NCBI GenBank assembly: GCA_021432655.1
Contig: MU271576.1
Coordinates: 1-42,549 of the forward strand
DNA from: Atractiella rhizophila
Taxonomy: Eukaryota
DNA length: 42,549 nt
Reading direction: 5' to 3'
Part shown: in pieces, positions 36,220-42,549 of the stretch
Numbering within the stretch: the stretch's first letter is position 1
Layout of the letters: each line of letters starts with the position of its first letter
The notes under the pieces: generated by a model
What the model was told of the DNA's origin: nothing
The model's input: the letters and a program-made list of their open reading frames with translations, nothing else
Databases searched by the model: none
Made by a program: the position numbers and the translations under genes

Positions 36220-38257
36220 TTATATCTCCGCCCAACCTGCCGTGCTCGATCCTCCATCTCGCGCCACCAAGTTCAGACCGAAGACCACCAGGTTGGTGAC
36301 GACTCCGATCGAGAATCCGTGATACAGACTTCGCCCTCCGTCTTCCTTCATTGCGTTCCACCACATCTCCAGCATGCCTTCGCCTTTCGGTTCCCGCACG
36401 GGGACTACAGTTCTGAAAGGTTTCGTGGGATTCGCCGTATACCGCGTTTGGGCTTGTAGTCGTTTCCGTATTGTCTCGATAGGGAGGGTAAGGCCCAGTC
36501 CGACGGTGGAGATCACCAGTTCACCCACCGCCCAAACCATCGGTGAATCCTCTCGCTCCGAGCCAAGCCAGTGAAATATGAGCATCGGCCCGCCAAAGTG
36601 TACCAGCGGCCGAAGGATCCCTTCTACAATGGTTGAGCTCATCAATTCTTCTCCCCAGAAGGCCCTCCACCATCCTCCCTCTTCTCGTACAACCGTATCC
36701 AACGCATCCAGGGGACCAGAATATTTCCGATGTTGAGGCATCGCTGACTGGACGATTAAACGTGTTCGGATCAGGTCAAAAGGCGATAGAAGGACCGTAG
36801 TGAGTAGGTGGGAAGAAACCGTGAGCAGAAGGATCGAACGGGAGAAGGGGTGTGCAGACGAAACTAGAGGTTGAAGGATTGTTTGCACGAGTGGCTGCAG
36901 ATTTGTGGACATCGTGTCCAGAATGAATGTCGTCATTTGTCCTGCAATATTCATCAGCTATGTGTCTTTCTTTAATTCTGTCTGAAAATTTGTCAAAACA
37001 GCAGAAAAATAGTCAGTCCGGGTGCTTTCACAAGGGTGCAACGATTTCTTCTCTCGCCCTCCGCTTCTTCCACGGGGCGGCATAAAAATTAGGTCCGGGA
37101 TGTTGAATCGAAGCACTTCTTATGAGAGACGGTACGTTTAACATTTACATTTTAACGAGGAAAGAATATCTCTATTAATGCTGCAACGGTTTAGCGTACT
37201 TATCTGAACAGCACGAAGCACAGGTGCTGCCGGTGCCGATGTTGCTAACGCCCACTTGAAGGTAAACGATAAAGTGTACAGTCGCCTCACTCTCCACATT
37301 TACTGCAATCGAATAGAAATGATAATGCCATATCACATATTCACATTCCTCGTCCATAGCATGGACAGAAAGAGTTAGCCAGTCCCATTGAATAGTTCAG
37401 ACTAGATCAAGGATAGCGATCATATGTCTAGCAACAATTCATCCCGAGAAGGCATATATAACATCCTCATTTGAAACGAATGCAAACATTCTGCACTCAT
37501 GAAGCACATAAAGACTCCACACAAGAGAAAACCCGACAGCAAGCAAAAAAGTGAAAAAAGACGCACCCTTCCACAAACTCCACCCACCCTCTCCCCTCAT
37601 AGCTCTCACCCTCTTCACCATCTCCCACACGCCATCCTTCTCTCCACTCCTTTCATCCACTCTTAGCTCCCACTCCTTAACCTCCACCTTTCCCTTCCCT
37701 TTCGGCTGCGCGCTCGATGGATGTTGGTGCTGATGATGCCGAGAAAGCTGCTGGGTTGATTGCGTGGATTTGGTCGTTCGTGGAGTGGGCGGGAGGGAAG
37801 GGTTAGAAAAATACTCGTCTTCTTCTTCCTCTTCTTCCTCCTATATCCCATTCCATCCCATTCATCCAACGATCAGATCACTCCTTCACCGCGTCCCAAT
37901 GCAAAATGCCAAAACCACTACCGAGAAGAGACAAACCTGATGATGCGACCCTCCAAAACCTGTGTTACTCCCTGCGCTGATGCTCCCAACATGTGAGGTC
38001 GAAGGAGTCGGTGCTGCCCGAAGCTGCAACAACGTCTTCCCGACCTCGAGGGGCATGACGAGTCCCGTGCCGAGGAAGGCGACGATGGCGCTGCCGAAGA
38101 CTGGCGGCAGGGAGTAGGAGTAGTCGGCATGATAGTGAAACTCTGCGTGGCGAGCGGAGGACTGGGGAAGCGGTGGGGGAGATGGTATTGACGGAGTGGG
38201 AAGAGAGGGCGTAGGGACGTAGTAGGGGCGGAGCGGATGTGGCGTGGGATTGGACAT
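36220..38257 (-). CDS. UGO1: Mitochondrial fusion protein Ugo1 (carrier fold)
   Basis: N-terminal LRPYY; MPLEVGKTLLQ, EGGWSLWKG, SPFDLIRTRLIVQ, LPIETIRKRLQAQ and LYHGF; long intron 37566-36942. Confidence 0.85.
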
Positions 38258-38605
38258 GGCGGTTGTGGTAAAGGGAGAATGTCTGAAGTTGATTGCTGAA
38301 CTCCTTGATGTCACAAGTTGCGCTGAGCGTGTCCGACCGCCCTGAGAGGAAAATGAACTTGAAGCAGCAAACAATTCTGCAAACAGTTGGTTGATTATTG
38401 CTACACTGGATCTATATTGAGTGAGCCTGAAGCACGCGTGACGCGGAACATTAGGCAGAGTCTGTTGGAGAGAGGTCTGTTGCGTGAAGACGAAAGAGTC
38501 GAGCTCCGATCTGAATATTACTGCAAGGATAAGCTAACACTGCGCTAAACAGTACAATCATGAAACTAAACGATTGGTTTGACAGTTGAATTTTGTTGGG
38601 AACAG

Positions 38606-40256
38606 TCATGAGTGAAGAAAGTTTGGGAGGGGGCGCGAGGTTCTTGTGGATGCGAAACCCGTAAAGCGGTTTGGATCGCTTGGTGAATCTTTCCCTCCTT
38701 CAAATTGACTGTTGCTGGTGCACGATGCTTTGACGGGAACATCCTTCGCTCCTTCACCCGATCCTCCCCCGCTTGAATGTTCCTGTTCCCTGATGAGAGA
38801 CGAAGGGAGACGAATTAGGTTTGAATACGCACCGTTTCGACTTGAACAGCCGTTTCGCTCTGGACTAAAATTGCTCTCATGAACATACTCGGCGTGGTTT
38901 CATTTGAATTCGAAACTGCGAACTCGGGGCCTGCAGCAGTGTGGCTAGAAGCGACGAGGGATTGCCGCATCAGGAGATTCACAAGGAAGGTGATGGAGTA
39001 GATACGACCGATATTAAAGAGAATCGCCAATGACACATTGCTGACAGAAAGCGTCAGATGTCGTAAGCGGCGAAGGGTTACATATGTACCTTGGATTGTT
39101 CTGCAAGTAGGTTATCAAAGCACAGATAGCAATCTAGAGAGCAATATCAAATCCAATGATCCAGAGTAGACGGCGACGCACCAAGGCTGTTGGAGTACAA
39201 CTCTCAAATGCAAGTATGGACAATGTGGAGAGTAATTTCTTCGTCTCTGTAAAACCACACGTCAGTTTGAGCTTAATTGGACGTCAACCAACCGTGGTGT
39301 AGGCGCTTAGATCGAAAACGCAGCAAATGAACAGTCAAAGCAGTAGCAATGGCAACATCTAAGTCAAGAAATTAGAATATGCCGGTCAAGGTAGAACGAC
39401 TCACCACAAACGGCATGGGTAACTACAGCCAGAATAGCTGATAATTCTATCCTGTTTCGTTCTGAATATTCATTATGCATGACAACTATCACTGAGACAA
39501 GTCCAGCACTTCCGAAAGCAAAGAGGGCCAGAACCGCTAACAGGCTGGTGAAGATGAAGTTACGAGACAGGCGAAGGTAGCGCTGGATGAAGTAGCCTTC
39601 CACTACAAAGGAAATCGTGGCTAGAGTGGCCTTAAGGTGCTTTCTTCGAAGACAAGATGGGATTGACCAGTGAGGAAAACGCATGCCGGAAAGTGCCATC
39701 CTAATCTCGTTGTCAGAGTGTTAACCATAACAAATTGAAATAGTTGCTGACCTTGACGTAAGAGGTACTCTTCATTCCCCCAATTTGTGACCGTGTATGC
39801 ATAAACACCTGGAGGATCATCAGGAAGAAGAATAGACGCAAAGGAACCCACAAGACATTTCTACGGCGGTACACGCCGTATCCACAATAGCGCACTAAAC
39901 GGCCGTCAGTCTGCGTTCTCTTGATCATGACAGAAACTTAAGATAGCAACAGCTGTTCTCATCGGCGGTCCATCCTTCGAACATGCCCTCAGATAGTACA
40001 GGTACACCATGCACCTAAAGAAATAGCATGAGATGATGACACGAAGCATGAAGTCTAAGCGGAATACTTACATTTCAACACTCCATAAAGCAATGTTTGT
40101 CCTGTCAAAGCTCAGGGACTTTTCAAATGCCATCACGCAAATCTCTCTCACCATGTCCCGATCACTTTCGGACAAATCAAAGTGCATTCTATGCTCTGCT
40201 GAATCTGCAGACTTACTAATGGGGATGACCACAGTTCGAAACGCTTCAGAGGGCAT
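38606..40256 (-). CDS. Multi-pass membrane protein, DUF6534-like basidiomycete family; ends approximate
   Basis: Hydrophobic exons: YLYYLRACSKD, YAYTVTNWGN, VEGYFIQRYLRLSRN and LFNIGRIYSITFLVNLLMR. Confidence 0.7.
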
Positions 40257-41149
40257 ATCGAAAGCAGCCAGAAAAAGGTATGTTCCGGCTTGGCAGAGAG
40301 AAACAGTATTCGGCTCTTTCTTCTCCTCCTTATAAAATTGGTTACTGAGACGTATCTTTGCTCTCCCAAATCCTACAAGACTAAATTAAAGTCTCCTTTA
40401 TTGCTGTTCTTGGGACGCGATAAAATGAGGAGCTTCCCTATGGCTCTTCAGCGTTGTCGCTAAAAGGGGTTCGACGGTCTGCTTCTTGATCCGCAGTGCT
40501 TAGCGTTAAACATGCGGTGCATGTCAGGGCCTCTGGAGATCTCGTTACACGACTCGGCCCTAGTAGTTGATATTGGAATGCTCTCGAGGCGCAGATGTTC
40601 CCAAAGACTAGTTTCAAGCTCTGAGAACAGAACCCACACATTCGGCAGGGTTCTTTGAATTTGTGCATATTTGTATGCAAACCGAGTTGAATGGAGTGAA
40701 GACGGGAAGAAGGAAGGCTGATTATCGGATTCGAAACGTGAGTGACGAGTGACAGCGATTCAGTACACAACCGGTTTCATTGATCAGGCTGGTCATTTCG
40801 ATGCAGGTTATGACGGGGTGAATGCCGGTTGTGAAGACTTGGACAGAAGTTCGTGGTGTCCACTGGCACTGTTCGAGAGTGACAATGTAAGCCTAACGAT
40901 AGTGGTTTCCGCAGTCAAAAGATAATGAGCGAAATAATTGGTAGTGGCGCAAGCACCAGTCGCCGACCTGAACTTTTTATGCAGAATAGCTGCAGGGGAG
41001 ACGTTTTATGCATGCTGATTGTTTGGGAAAGCAGCTCAGTCGCTGAGGACAGAGCTCTTAAACCGTTCGTAGAAAGAATGACGCTCCGCTCTCTGGCAAG
41101 CAGCAAAGCACGGGCTCAGGCAGGACTCCCTTGCACTCAAACCAGGGAT

Positions 41150-41960
41150 ATCTAAGAGCAACTCAGCCTGCCACTCACATTTATTTTTAGTTGTCGGCTG
41201 CTTGAACTACTAAGTGAGCGACGCTTGAGAGCAGAGTGTCAGTCTTTGCAAGCGTACCTGTGAAATGGTAACGGGAAAGGTATTAGACAAGTGTTTCTGT
41301 CAGAACACTGCTGCTGGTTTGACTTTTTACCTTGCTTGTTTTTCTAGAAATCAGCTAGCTAAAGTAGTAGGTTAGGGAAAGAATGAAGGAAACTAAGGAA
41401 TAACTGTTATACACAGTAAGACTGCACCGGCTGAGTTCCGAAATCCAGCCCGCAGAGCACTGAAAATTCAGCACTTGAGGCTGGATTTTCAGTCTCGATG
41501 CAAGTTTGATGCCTGAAGCTGAAGCTTGAAGTTCAGCATTTGCATGCTGAATTTTTCACTCATGTAAGTTGAATCCTGTTCTCACTCGATTCCGTCATTC
41601 TATGGCTGAATATTTCAACCTTACAAGGCTTAAATGATGTTGTAAATATAATCAGCAGACACGATGCTAAATAAAATATTCTCTGCGTGCAAACTGTTGT
41701 TACTGAACGTTCAGCAGTTCCAATACCGCTGAATAGTTCATCCTCTACATACTAAGCACTTCGTAGTTCGCTTCATCTGCTGCTACGAGTATATAGCCCT
41801 TAACAGCTTAGCGTGTACAACACAAGCTAAAGAATAAAATACCATACAATATGGTGAATCGTCGACGTGATAGAAATAGAGAACAATATGCGATTCAATA
41901 TACTAGGAATGAAGAGGCTTTCTTGTATCAACCCAGACTCCACTGCTGGATTTCCTTTTT
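41150..41960. repeat. Non-coding region with a dispersed GCTG(A/G)A motif in both orientations and hairpins; possible non-autonomous transposon relic
   Basis: actgaaaattcagc...gctggattttcagt (~41459-41493); ttcagcat...atgctgaa (~41532-41551); aactcagcc (41160) is complementary to ggctgagtt (41429). Confidence 0.45.
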
Positions 41961-42082
41961 CGGGAGACAGTAGAAAACACAGCTAAATGACATATGAGAA
42001 TCGGTAGAACACCATGGGACATACAACTTCACGGCCGTCACCATCGCGCCGTCCTCTCGCTCTCCGGCACTGTAACCCTCAC

Positions 42083-42549
42083 TTACGATCCCTTCTCTGG
42101 TGCTCTCTCATCGTCGGCAACCTCCTTTCGGCGCTCCCGTCCACTCTTCCTCCGTCCAGCCTCCCTGCCTAACCCGACCGTCCTTCGGCCACTCTTGCGT
42201 CGTACACCCACGTCTCCATCTCGTCCTCGTGCTCTGTATATTCGATTTCCGAAGTCCACTGTAGGATGGAAGACGGAAAGGTAAGTGGAGGATGGAAGGG
42301 AGAGCGAGAGAGCGAGAGAGCTCTGGGAGGACGAACTGACGTTCCACTCTCTCCTTAGTGATTCGGTCTCTGTTTCGCACACAGTTCTCAATTGACAAAC
42401 GAGAATGCGACAGAGCCGGGAAGACGTTTATGGACGGAGAGAGTGGAAGGACAGCGTAGTTGGGGGTACTTGCGACGTCAGCCTTCGTTCCCCAACCATT
42501 CATGATCTATGCTCCTCTTTCGCATCCTGACCTTGCCCGTGCAGTGGGT
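42083..42549 (-). CDS. Possible 3' end of a gene entering from the right edge
   Basis: An intron-like gtcagt...cttac...cctacag joins ...KERVE to LDFGNRIYRARGRDG...; no family recognised. Confidence 0.35.

Noticed and set aside
36220..36954. Stand-alone mitochondrial carrier
   Set aside because: It is the last exon of the UGO1-like gene starting at 38257.

Overview
Intron-rich eukaryotic DNA with ~50-nt GT-AG introns and gene families typical of a basidiomycete fungus (lineage inferred, not proven). The left ~17.6 kb is accessory/immunity-like. It holds a patatin-NB-ARC-TPR NLR-type gene (minus strand, running off the left edge) with at least 21 conserved 120-bp repeats, an apparently catalytically dead patatin domain and a frameshift inside the NTPase domain. 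It also holds a divergently transcribed HNH-endonuclease gene, a rhodanese-PTP phosphatase head-to-head with a FunK1 kinase, a truncated spherulin-type cupin and an SRPK-like kinase. The rest is mostly housekeeping: Cut8/Sts1, a GPI-type chitin deacetylase, BIO2, a Cys-rich single-pass membrane protein, YSC84/LSB3, an OPT transporter, UGO1 and a DUF6534-like membrane protein. Two introns are about 10x normal length and contain structured sequence, and a palindrome-rich element lies near 41.5 kb. Gene models were assembled by eye from the ORF track and splice signals; no searches were run.
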